Shown: positions 8,980 to 17,971 of the stretch, piece after piece | How the letters are laid out: each line of letters opens with the position of its first letter | Numbering within the stretch: the first letter of the stretch is position 1 | NCBI GenBank assembly: GCA_947649365.1 | Contig: CANSRH010000007.1 | Coordinates: forward strand, 854 to 64,853 | DNA length: 64,000 bases | Reading direction: 5' to 3' | From: an uncultured Mycoplasmatota bacterium | Lineage (GTDB): Bacteria > Bacillota_I > Bacilli_A > RF39 > UBA660 | Notes under the pieces: model-generated | Databases searched by the model: none | What the model was told of the DNA's origin: nothing | What the model saw: only the letters and a program-made list of their open reading frames with translations | Translations under genes and position numbers: made by a program

Positions 8980-10770
8980 TTATTCATACCATGAAGATAC
9001 AATATTTACATTGCTACTTTGTGGCATAGGATCAGGTAGATGGAATCTAGTAAGCAAAGGAACTCGGAAAGCACTACCAAACACTAAAGCTGTTCCAGGA
9101 CGGAGCGTTTTCAATTTTTCGATATCTTGACTAGACAAATTACTAGAAATGGAAACAACAATTTTCAAATCTTCTGGATGAAAAATACGATAAATTAAAA
9201 AGTTAGAACACTGTGACAAACAAGTAGTAGATAACTCACTCGGTCTTTGCGTAACAAAGCCTAAAATCAAGCCATACTTCCTTCCCTCTTTCGTAATTCG
9301 ATCAAAAATATTGTAGCCGATAACATCAATATCATTATCATTTTGAACATAACGATGTGCTTCCTCAATAATAATATGAATTGGAAAACTTGCTCGTTCT
9401 TTTAAGGTAGTAGCAAACTCAAAATACAACTTCATATAAAGTTTTGTTAGTATCTTAGCAAAACGTTCATCGACATAATTAAAATTCATATTTAAAAGTT
9501 GAGCATACTCATTGGTACTCGTTAAAAACATACTTTTGACAAATTGTTCTTTACCAATATAGCCTTTATCATATTCAAAATACTTTCTTTGTTCACTATT
9601 CAAAATAGAATGCATTCTGACACGTAATTCATTTGCTTTCTCATACAAAGTAGCATTAGTAAGCATTCCCTCACTCATCAAAGCAAACTCCAAAGCATGA
9701 TACAAATCTTCTAACGAATACACAAGTTCACTACGGTCAATAGAAAAAGTCTCTAAAGTAATAAACCCATTTAAATATTCAATAACAAACTGTAATGCCC
9801 CCATTTTTCCATTTTGATCAATATTTAAACATTGCTTTAGCGTTCTTGTATAACCTGGTTGAACAATAGGACTCTCCAAATTTAAAACCGAAGTATGAAA
9901 CTTATTCAAAGTAGAAATAATTTGATCACTCAATTGGGTAGAAGACTTTCCACTTCCTATAATATCGAGCAAACTTTTAGCAATAATAGAATTTTTATAT
10001 TGAATTACTTTTTCGTTTTCTCCTTTAAAAATAGCCACATATTGTAATGTTTTTTCTAAAATAGGAAGCAAAGTAGAATCATTTACATTTAAAAGCAAGG
10101 CAAGATCATCGACTTCTAAAAAATAAGCTGGAATCGTAACTATTTCTGTCTCTGCCTCATCTACATCTGTACGAGTTGTATAATATTTCACATTAATATT
10201 GGGTAAAGTATTTATTTTAGACAAAGCCGTATGGTATTCTCCATACACATCAAAAATCACCATATGAGCATTCACAGGCATCTTCGTATTGTAATAAAAT
10301 AAATTTTGAATCAAACTAGCCACTCCGCAAGATTTACCACAACCAGAATTTCCTATAATGGCAAAATGATGTGTCAAAAAATCATTCATATTCGCTGTAA
10401 CTTGATAACCTTCATACAAAGAAGAAGAACCGATTAAAATCGTATCAGAAGAATTATAATCTTGAGAGCCAATAATAAGCTCCAATTCTTGCTTATAAAC
10501 AATACGACATACACTTGCAACACTTGGGTATTTAATAACCCCCGAAATAAATTCATTCCCACGGATTTCTCCAATCAACAAAATAGAAATTTCTGTTTCA
10601 TTCATTCCTATTATTTCACCAACAATTTTAAAAAAATTTCCTCCATTTTCTCCCGTTTCTTCAAAGATAACATGAAAATTAATTACATTGGCTTGAATCG
10701 TTTTTTTTAAATTTTCTACCTTAACAATTTTATCTTCTATTTTTAATAATTTTCCAAACATACTAGTCAC
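8980..10770 (-). CDS. HerA/FtsK-like DUF87 ATPase of unknown function
   Basis: The 596-aa protein has Walker A GNSGCGKS, a Walker B-like IIIEEAH, and the central-domain layout of HerA-type hexameric ATPases. No NurA, Sir2 or other partner gene is adjacent. Confidence 0.6.
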   Translation of the reverse strand: MTSMFGKLLKIEDKIVKVENLKKTIQANVINFHVIFEETGENGGNFFKIVGEIIGMNETEISILLIGEIRGNEFISGVIKYPSVASVCRIVYKQELELIIGSQDYNSSDTILIGSSSLYEGYQVTANMNDFLTHHFAIIGNSGCGKSCGVASLIQNLFYYNTKMPVNAHMVIFDVYGEYHTALSKINTLPNINVKYYTTRTDVDEAETEIVTIPAYFLEVDDLALLLNVNDSTLLPILEKTLQYVAIFKGENEKVIQYKNSIIAKSLLDIIGSGKSSTQLSDQIISTLNKFHTSVLNLESPIVQPGYTRTLKQCLNIDQNGKMGALQFVIEYLNGFITLETFSIDRSELVYSLEDLYHALEFALMSEGMLTNATLYEKANELRVRMHSILNSEQRKYFEYDKGYIGKEQFVKSMFLTSTNEYAQLLNMNFNYVDERFAKILTKLYMKLYFEFATTLKERASFPIHIIIEEAHRYVQNDNDIDVIGYNIFDRITKEGRKYGLILGFVTQRPSELSTTCLSQCSNFLIYRIFHPEDLKIVVSISSNLSSQDIEKLKTLRPGTALVFGSAFRVPLLTRFHLPDPMPQSSNVNIVSSWYE

Positions 10771-11053
10771 CCTATTCTTCTAATAGGATACCATAAAAAG
10801 CAAGCCTTTACAATTATTAAAAAAAGAGTGTTTAAACAACTTAAACAAATAATAAAGCATATGCCTTAAAAGACGAAAACCAATAAAATCAAAATGAACA
10901 TTTATAAAGACGAAACTTGTTATTATTTCTTAGAAAAAAAAATTGGTCTAAACAATTAGATAGACCGATTTAATTCGGTTATGTTTATTCTAAGTTGATT
11001 TGATAAAGATTTTTCTTTTTCAATCCAAAGAAAAAGAAGGTTGTTCCTCCCTT

Positions 11054-11179
11054 TTAATATACGCCACAGCCGTTGAATCCTGCAAAAATAATTGCTAGCA
11101 ATATAAATAGTACAATGATAATAAAAGCACTATTGTTGTTATTACAACATTTATCTTGCGTTTTTTTACAACAATTCAT
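11054..11179 (-). CDS. YjcZ-family tiny sporulation membrane peptide (41 aa)
   Basis: Hand translation gives MNCCKKTQDKCCNNNNSAFIIIVLFILLAIIFAGFNGCGVY. AGGAGG lies 8 nt upstream of the ATG. The VLFILL hydrophobic core plus Cys/Gly-rich ends is typical of the YjcZ family. It is below the ORF-track size cut-off. Confidence 0.55.
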   Translation of the reverse strand: MNCCKKTQDKCCNNNNSAFIIIVLFILLAIIFAGFNGCGVY

Positions 11180-11208
11180 TAAACGGACACCTCCTTAAAT
11201 ATGAAAGA

Positions 11209-11301
11209 CTAAATGAAAGCCCCTACAATGATGATTAATAAGATGAATAGCACAAGAATGATTGCTGGACCAAGTCCATTATTTCCACAACATTGACTCA
11301 T
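11209..11301 (-). CDS. YjcZ-family tiny sporulation membrane peptide (30 aa)
   Basis: Hand translation gives MSQCCGNNGLGPAIILVLFILLIIIVGAFI. AGGAGGAGAGA lies upstream. It is a second copy of the same family as the 11054..11179 peptide. Confidence 0.55.
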   Translation of the reverse strand: MSQCCGNNGLGPAIILVLFILLIIIVGAFI

Positions 11302-11425
11302 AATTTCTCTCCTCCTTTATTTGTCTTTTCACTAATATAGTATGTTTTGCTAAAAAGTTGGTGAGTGTTCTTCTTGTATTTTTTTTACAAATTGGATATA
11401 ATAAACATTGTTTAGGAGGATAAGA

Positions 11426-12436
11426 ATGAAGAAAAAAATAGTAATACTTGGTCTATGTACTTTAATGGTATGTAGTTGTGGAAAAACCATCCCAAAATTA
11501 GAAAATGGGAACGATGCCGTTGTAACGTTTGAAAACGGAGAAAAAATCAGTATAGAAGAATTATACAACGATTTAAAAAACAACTTTGCTTTGGAGTCTC
11601 TCATTAATTTAGTAGACAAAAAAATACTAGAAGAGAAATACAAAGACAATTTAAGTAGCGCCGAAGAATATGCAGCCTCTACAATAAAATCATTAGAAGA
11701 AAATTATGGAGAAAACTTACTTGCTGCCATTCAAACCTACACATCGTATACAACAGTAGAAGCATATAAAAATTATGTCTACATAAGCCAGTTACAAAAC
11801 CAAGCAAGAGAAGATTATGCAAAAAAACAAATCACAGAAAAAGAAATGAAAGACTACTATGAAAAAAATATTTATGGAGATGTTTTAGTAAATCATATCT
11901 TAGTGACACCAAATGTAAAAGAAGATGCTAGTGCAGAAGAAAAAACAAATGCTGAAAACGAAGCCAAAGAAAAAATAAATACCATCATTGCTAAATTAAA
12001 AGAAAGTGAAAACAAAAAAGAGGCTTTCAACAATTTAGCTAAAGAATATTCAGAAGATTCATCTACAAAAGAAGATGGTGGTTCTCTAGGGTATATCAAC
12101 GATGGAACACTATCAAGTAGTTATGATGAAATTATAAAAAATGCCTTCCAATTAAAAGATGGAGAATTTTCAACAGAAGTAATCACAACAGAACTTGGAT
12201 ACCACGTTATTTTCCGTGAAGCTTCAAAAGAAAAAGCAAGTTTTGAAGATGTAAAAGATACTATTCTTGAAAAACTAGCAAATGAATTGTTAAATAAAGA
12301 TGCCACACTAAGTATAAAAGCAATGCAAGAACTAAGAAAAGAATATGGAATGGACATTATTGATAGTGAAATTCAAAACCAATATGCAAAATACATTCAA
12401 AATTCTCTTGCACAAGCACAAAAAGAAACCAATTAA
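11426..12436 (+). CDS. prsA: Foldase lipoprotein PrsA (parvulin-type peptidyl-prolyl isomerase)
   Basis: The N-terminus MKKKIVILGLCTLMVCSCG is a lipoprotein signal. A SurA-like N-domain is followed by a PPIC rotamase segment GGSLGYINDGTLSSSYDEIIKNAFQLKDGEFSTEVITTELGYHVI. AGGAGGA precedes the ATG at 11426. Confidence 0.75.
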   Translation: MKKKIVILGLCTLMVCSCGKTIPKLENGNDAVVTFENGEKISIEELYNDLKNNFALESLINLVDKKILEEKYKDNLSSAEEYAASTIKSLEENYGENLLAAIQTYTSYTTVEAYKNYVYISQLQNQAREDYAKKQITEKEMKDYYEKNIYGDVLVNHILVTPNVKEDASAEEKTNAENEAKEKINTIIAKLKESENKKEAFNNLAKEYSEDSSTKEDGGSLGYINDGTLSSSYDEIIKNAFQLKDGEFSTEVITTELGYHVIFREASKEKASFEDVKDTILEKLANELLNKDATLSIKAMQELRKEYGMDIIDSEIQNQYAKYIQNSLAQAQKETN

Positions 12437-12458
12437 AAAGCACAAAAGTGCTTTTTTT
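12435..12458. terminator. Bidirectional rho-independent terminator between the convergent prsA and exonuclease genes
   Basis: The stem-loop AGCAC-aaaa-GTGCT is flanked by an A-run upstream and a T-run downstream. Confidence 0.6.
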
Positions 12459-13377
12459 ATATCTTCTCTTTTATTTGTTCATAAAAATGAGACGAAGTAA
12501 TGATTTCAATCCTACTCCCACTCTCCTGTAAACGTTCTGCCATCCGTAATTTTGTACTTTTATGATTTCCTTTTTGACTACCAACAATCAAAAAATCAGT
12601 ACGAATTGTTACAGCATCATCAAGAAAAGCTCCAAGATTTCGCAAAATTTGCCTAGCTTCTTTTCTTGTCATCTCAGAGATGGTTCCTGTAATAACAACA
12701 TGTTTTTGATAAAAAGGATGGGTAGAATCAAAAGTAGACTTAGTATTTACTATAGAACGAGATGGCAAAGACCCATAAGAATGTATCTTTAAAAAGGCAG
12801 AAAAACTTCCATATTGATTAAGAATTTCCTCTTGCAATTGATAAAAAATGGCCAAAGTCATCTCTACATCCTTTAAAGAACGATGGCTCCCTGTTGTATC
12901 CATACCATAATAATTAGCAATTTCTCCTAATTTATGACGATACAATTGTTTAAGCAATATTCTAGAAAGACGCAAAGTATCTACAAAATCATTTCCAAAA
13001 GGTTTCTGAAACAATTGGATAGAAGCATTATGAATAAAATTCACATCAAAAGGAACATTATGCCCAACCAAAACAAAATCATCAACAAAAGCCAAAAACA
13101 AAGGAAGAACTTCCTCGATAGGAGAAACATCCTTAACCATTTCATTCGTAATTCCCGTTAAATTTGTAATAAAAGAAGAAATAATAGACTTTGGTCGAAC
13201 AAGCATTGAAAAAGTATCCACCACATGATGATCTATTACTTTTACAGCTCCTATCTCTATAATCTCATCTGTAAATGGATTCAAACCCGTTGTTTCTAAA
13301 TCAAAAACGACAAAAGAAGCAGGAATATCCAAAATACTTCTTCCCTTATCCAATTTAGTTTCTCCTATTTTATACAA
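12457..13377 (-). CDS. DnaQ-like 3'-5' exonuclease (DNA Pol III epsilon family) with C-terminal BRCT domain
   Basis: The sequence FVVFDLETTGLNPFTDEIIEIGAV carries the Exo I motif, HNVPFDVNF the Exo II motif, and YGMDTTGSHRSLKDVEMT the Exo III motif. A BRCT-like C-terminal region follows (HVVITGTISEMTRKEARQILRNLG). Confidence 0.65.
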   Translation of the reverse strand: MYKIGETKLDKGRSILDIPASFVVFDLETTGLNPFTDEIIEIGAVKVIDHHVVDTFSMLVRPKSIISSFITNLTGITNEMVKDVSPIEEVLPLFLAFVDDFVLVGHNVPFDVNFIHNASIQLFQKPFGNDFVDTLRLSRILLKQLYRHKLGEIANYYGMDTTGSHRSLKDVEMTLAIFYQLQEEILNQYGSFSAFLKIHSYGSLPSRSIVNTKSTFDSTHPFYQKHVVITGTISEMTRKEARQILRNLGAFLDDAVTIRTDFLIVGSQKGNHKSTKLRMAERLQESGSRIEIITSSHFYEQIKEKI

Positions 13378-13393
13378 ATGAACCTCTCCCCTT

Positions 13394-14206
13394 CTAAGAA
13401 TTTTTTAACTCCTCTATAACAGACGCAATATCACTAGAAACAAACCCTTTTTGCAAAAGTTTTCTTTTCAATTGATAAAAAAGCTCTGTCCCTTGATAAT
13501 TTCTAGACAATTTTTTAAACATCTTATTTGCTTCCCTTTGCAAAAACTCTTGATCTTTAGAAAACTCCATTCCACTAAGTAATTCTATAATTTCTTCCTT
13601 CGAATAACCCTCTTGCATACAAGAAAAAACAATCTTTTCTTTTATTCTAAAAGAACTATCTTTATGATTGGCATTCAACTTTTTTGTAATCAAATGTTCT
13701 AATTTTTCTTTCCATACCAACGCGGGAATTGTATCCAAGCATTGTTCTAACCTTTCTTCTAAAAAACCTAACTCCACACCTTTTTGAATGATTTTTTTAG
13801 GTCCAAAAAGCTTTAATGCAACTTGGTCATGTACAAATGCTTCCAAACAAGCCTCCTCATCAATTATCTTTTTCTCTTCCAAAAGACGAATAGAAGTAAC
13901 AATATCCTCTTCTTTAAAATTTTCTTTCTTCAAATAAGCAGAAATCTCTTTTTTAGAACGATTTTTCTTACTTATATATTGCAAGGCTTTATAATAACAA
14001 GACATTTGAAAATTTTCTTTCATTATTTTTTGTAGCTCTTTCTCATCAATCTCTTTTTTAAGTAACAAATTATACTTTAAAATAATATCTGCAAACAAAA
14101 TAACATCCTCATGGTTAGAAGAAAAAGAAATCTGATAACAATTATTTTTTATTTTTTTATAACTTTTTATTTTCATATCTGCATTATAACACTCTTTTCT
14201 ATCCAA
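13394..14206 (-). CDS. recX: Regulatory protein RecX-like
   Basis: The 270-aa helical-repeat protein has RecX-like repeats (ALQYISKKNRSKKEISAYLKKENFKEEDIVTSIRLLEEKKIIDEEAC). An internal start at 14176 is possible. Confidence 0.6.
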   Translation of the reverse strand: MDRKECYNADMKIKSYKKIKNNCYQISFSSNHEDVILFADIILKYNLLLKKEIDEKELQKIMKENFQMSCYYKALQYISKKNRSKKEISAYLKKENFKEEDIVTSIRLLEEKKIIDEEACLEAFVHDQVALKLFGPKKIIQKGVELGFLEERLEQCLDTIPALVWKEKLEHLITKKLNANHKDSSFRIKEKIVFSCMQEGYSKEEIIELLSGMEFSKDQEFLQREANKMFKKLSRNYQGTELFYQLKRKLLQKGFVSSDIASVIEELKNS

Positions 14207-14225
14207 AAAGAAAAAATTAGTGATA

Positions 14226-15233
14226 TTACGCTAATTTTTCTTTGTTTATTTCCTTTTTCTTAACTTTAATTATACTAGAAATCTGCTCCATCTTATTGAC
14301 ATCATTGGTTTCCAAAGCTTGATTAATTATCCCAAGATAACAACGTAAATAAAACTTTTGTTCCAAATCAGTCGTTTGTTCACAGGTTCTTTCCAATCGT
14401 TCTTTTATCCATAACAAACGTTGTTTTAATTTAGCAAACTTGGTTTTGCTCGCAGAAAGAAAACTTTGATAATTTTTTACATAAGCTTCCAAACACAAAG
14501 TAGAGCAATAAATTTCTTTGATCCAAGAATCTTCATTATTCAATTGAATGGATTCGATAACAGAAGGTTTCTCATAATCATTTTTCTGTAAAGATTGTTT
14601 TAAAACTGAATAGCTTTCTTGCAATTGCGTAGAATCAAAATCATTGGCACCCATAGCTTGCAAGACTTCTGCTTGATGTAAAGAAATATTGGCATTTCTA
14701 AAAACAAAAGAATGAATAGAAGTTCTATTTTTTCCTAAAAATTCACGAACCACAGAAAAGTCTCTTGCAATAGAATCAAACATAGGATAATGCTTTCTAC
14801 CCACCATATCTCCTAACGATTTAAAAGTATAATAAGAACCTTTATTTTCTAATAAAATACTACCAATTCCTACTTTTTCTATGCTTCTATCTCCATTTTT
14901 ATAGTCGTCCATTGCATCTATTTTTTCTTTCCATACACTAGAATGATTTAAAAAATGAAGCATGGACTCTTGTTTTTTCTCTGTTAAAAAGTCATTCGTA
15001 TTTTCTCCTAAAAAGGACAATAAGCGAATATTTATTTTACAAAGTTGCGTAATAATAACATCGATTCCTTTTGGACCATAAGCTTTATTTTCCTTCAAAA
15101 AAAGAATTATTGGCAAAAGTTGATCCCAAGTAATATGATACGAATTATAATACAAATCCGCTAAAACACGTAATACTCGATCTTGCATTTGTTGGTCAGA
15201 AATTTGCGCTAGTTTCCCTTTCATAATCAACAC
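14226..15233 (-). CDS. Hypothetical protein
   Basis: A 335-aa ORF with consistent local codon usage. I recognise no family. Confidence 0.45.
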   Translation of the reverse strand: MLIMKGKLAQISDQQMQDRVLRVLADLYYNSYHITWDQLLPIILFLKENKAYGPKGIDVIITQLCKINIRLLSFLGENTNDFLTEKKQESMLHFLNHSSVWKEKIDAMDDYKNGDRSIEKVGIGSILLENKGSYYTFKSLGDMVGRKHYPMFDSIARDFSVVREFLGKNRTSIHSFVFRNANISLHQAEVLQAMGANDFDSTQLQESYSVLKQSLQKNDYEKPSVIESIQLNNEDSWIKEIYCSTLCLEAYVKNYQSFLSASKTKFAKLKQRLLWIKERLERTCEQTTDLEQKFYLRCYLGIINQALETNDVNKMEQISSIIKVKKKEINKEKLA

Positions 15234-15304
15234 CCCTTTTTGACATAAAAACTATTATAGCACAAAATTAAAAAAAGTCAAATATTCAAAGAAAAAAAGC
15301 CCAA

Positions 15305-16273
15305 CTAAGCGCTTTCCATTTCTTTATATTGTTTACAACACAAATCCAAATCTTTTAACAAAGAATCAATCTCTTCTTCACTAGAAGTACGTACACCACT
15401 AGCAAATTTATGTCCACCACCATGATACTTTTCTGCAATTTCGTTAATGACAGGACCACGACTTCGAATATTTACCTTATACAAATTATTTTTCTCATCA
15501 AAAGTCACAAATACCCAAACAAGTACATCTTTAATATAATTAAAATCATTAATCATATTCGAAGGCGTAGAAATATCTACATTGTACTCTTGAATCACTT
15601 GAGGAGTAATTTTAATATAAGCAAAGCCATTCTCTGTCACATTCAAATGATTTCCCAAATAACCATGAAATTGAATTTCATTTAGTGGTCGTTCGTACAA
15701 AATATCATACAAGGAGACAAAATCTAAATTTTGTTCTTCAACGAGACGGGAAACAATACGAAATGTTTTTGCAGTCGTATATGCAAGTAAAAAACGATCA
15801 CTATCGGAAACAATTCCTAAAAACAAAGTACTAGCAATGGTTTTATTCATTTTTAAAGGAGTATGAAAAAGAAGTTCAGCAATCAACTGACAAGCACTTG
15901 ATGCAGTATCATCTACAATTTCAATATCACAAATTTTCTCCTCATGTGGATGATGGTCTATTTTAATGACTTCTTTATAAGATAAATCTTCAATGCCATC
16001 GACACGTTCTATTGTGGGAACATCGGTAATAAGAAGCAAAGCATCTTTCATCTCATGAAAATCAGACTTATCTAACATACCATACTTCTTAAAACGGGAA
16101 ACGCCTGCTCCTACCGCTATCACTTTCTTATTAGGAAAAGTAAGTTTGATAGAATCTCGTAAAGCGATCTGACTCGCTATGGCGTCTGGGTCAGGCCCCA
16201 TATGTCTTGCCACGACGATAGAATCATATTGCTTTATTTTTTTATAAATTTTTTTGTGGACAAAACTCGCCAT
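15305..16273 (-). CDS. nrnA: DHH/DHHA1 phosphoesterase, NrnA-type bifunctional oligoribonuclease / pAp phosphatase
   Basis: The DHH motif KIDHHPH and a C-terminal DHHA1 segment GGGHKFASG are present. Confidence 0.75.
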   Translation of the reverse strand: MASFVHKKIYKKIKQYDSIVVARHMGPDPDAIASQIALRDSIKLTFPNKKVIAVGAGVSRFKKYGMLDKSDFHEMKDALLLITDVPTIERVDGIEDLSYKEVIKIDHHPHEEKICDIEIVDDTASSACQLIAELLFHTPLKMNKTIASTLFLGIVSDSDRFLLAYTTAKTFRIVSRLVEEQNLDFVSLYDILYERPLNEIQFHGYLGNHLNVTENGFAYIKITPQVIQEYNVDISTPSNMINDFNYIKDVLVWVFVTFDEKNNLYKVNIRSRGPVINEIAEKYHGGGHKFASGVRTSSEEEIDSLLKDLDLCCKQYKEMESA

Positions 16274-16284
16274 ATAAAAACCTT

Positions 16285-17481
16285 CTAACTAATAATATTG
16301 TATGTATCAAGAGCAATCATCAACTCTTCATTGGTTGGAACGACATAAACAGGAACTTTAGAATCCGAAGAAGAAATCATTCCCTCCTGAACATCCATAT
16401 AAGATGCATATTTCCTATTTTCTTCCTTATCAATAAGGATACCCAAAGAAGACAATTTCGATACGATTTCTTCTCTAAATTCACGAGCATTTTCTCCTAA
16501 ACCTGCTGTAAACACTAGAGCATCTACTTTCCCATCTAATTTGACAAAATACTTAGCAATATAACCTACAATACGTTCTACATACATATCATTTGCTAAA
16601 ATACATTGATGATCTCCTTCATTCATTCCCACTTCAATATCTCTATGATCGGCAAACTTTTCACTAATTCCAAGTAAACCACTTTGTTTATTTAAAATAG
16701 TATCTACTTCTGCTAATGTTTTACCACTTTTGTTCATATAAAATGGAATCACAGAATAATCAATATCTCCAGAACGAGTTCCCATCATAATTCCAGAATT
16801 GGGACTAAATCCCATCGTTGTATCAATACTTTTACTCTCTTTAATACAACAAATACTTCCACCACTACCAATATGGCAATTGATTAAATTTACACAATCC
16901 TTTTTTAGAAGTTCTTGCATTCTTTTTGTAATGTATTTATGACTTGTACCATGAAATCCATATTTACGAATCCCATATTCTTTGTACCAACTAAATGGCA
17001 CAGAATACAAATAAGACAATTCCTCCATGGTTTGATGGAAAGATGTATCAAACACACCTACCATAGGAGTAGTAGGCATAGCGCTTTGAAAAGCACGAAT
17101 ACATGCAAGCATAGCTGGGTTATGAAGTGGTGCCAAATCATTAAATTTTTCACATTCATGTAAAACTTCTTCTGTAATCAAAACAGAATCTTTAAATTGA
17201 TCTCCTCCATGCACTAAACGATGCCCTACCCCATCAATTTCATCCAAAGAAGAAACAATATGATTTGAAAATAATTCTTCTTGTAAATACGTAATAGCAT
17301 CCGAATGGTCTTTTAAATCCACTTCTCTTTTGGTTTTATTTCCATTCATTTTAATACTATAAAAGCTTCCATTCATTCCTATTTTCTCAAAATAACCACT
17401 AATAAGTTCATTTTCACTAGGAAGTTCAATACAATTAAATTTTAAAGACGAACTTCCTGCATTCACTGTTAAAATTTTCAA
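16285..17481 (-). CDS. ackA: Acetate kinase
   Basis: The N-terminus MKILTVNAGSSSLKF is diagnostic for the acetate/propionate kinase family. Length is 398 aa. Confidence 0.9.
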   Translation of the reverse strand: MKILTVNAGSSSLKFNCIELPSENELISGYFEKIGMNGSFYSIKMNGNKTKREVDLKDHSDAITYLQEELFSNHIVSSLDEIDGVGHRLVHGGDQFKDSVLITEEVLHECEKFNDLAPLHNPAMLACIRAFQSAMPTTPMVGVFDTSFHQTMEELSYLYSVPFSWYKEYGIRKYGFHGTSHKYITKRMQELLKKDCVNLINCHIGSGGSICCIKESKSIDTTMGFSPNSGIMMGTRSGDIDYSVIPFYMNKSGKTLAEVDTILNKQSGLLGISEKFADHRDIEVGMNEGDHQCILANDMYVERIVGYIAKYFVKLDGKVDALVFTAGLGENAREFREEIVSKLSSLGILIDKEENRKYASYMDVQEGMISSSDSKVPVYVVPTNEELMIALDTYNIIS

Positions 17482-17552
17482 AATAATTCACCTCTACTAA
17501 TCATTATACAAAAAAAAAGAAGTTTTTACTATGATTTATAGTAAAAACGTAA

Positions 17553-17753
17553 TTATTTTTTCTTATTTTCAGAAACTGTTTTTTGACAACGTTTATAATT
17601 TGTTTTACAAGCCATTTGTTCTTTATCCACTACTTTTCTTGGATTACCAGAAAAATTATAACCATACTCATTAAACCGTTCATTAATGATAGAATCAACA
17701 CCAACATCTTCCCTATCAAAACTTTTATAAAAATAATCAATATGTTTACGCAT
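17553..17753 (-). CDS. Hypothetical small basic protein
   Basis: A 66-aa ORF, divergent from the DUF1540-like peptide gene. No family recognised. Confidence 0.35.
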   Translation of the reverse strand: MRKHIDYFYKSFDREDVGVDSIINERFNEYGYNFSGNPRKVVDKEQMACKTNYKRCQKTVSENKKK

Positions 17754-17821
17754 AATAAATCACCTAGTTATAGTATGCATACAATAGGAATTCTTTATAC
17801 ATACTAGTACTAGGTGATAAA

Positions 17822-17971
17822 ATGGATGAAATATATTACAACCAATGTATTGCATGTACAGTAACGAATTGTAAATTTCACAACAAAGAAAACTATTGTA
17901 CACTTGGAAAAATAGTTGTCTCAAACGACAAAAATGGAACAAATTGTGCAAGCTATAAAAAAAATGATTAG
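17822..17971 (+). CDS. DUF1540-like small cysteine-rich protein (49 aa)
   Basis: Hand translation gives MDEIYYNQCIACTVTNCKFHNKENYCTLGKIVVSNDKNGTNCASYKKND. The C-x2-C-x4-C-x8-C spacing with conserved V/H resembles DUF1540 peptides that are common in spore formers. It is below the ORF-track cut-off. Confidence 0.45.
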   Translation: MDEIYYNQCIACTVTNCKFHNKENYCTLGKIVVSNDKNGTNCASYKKND

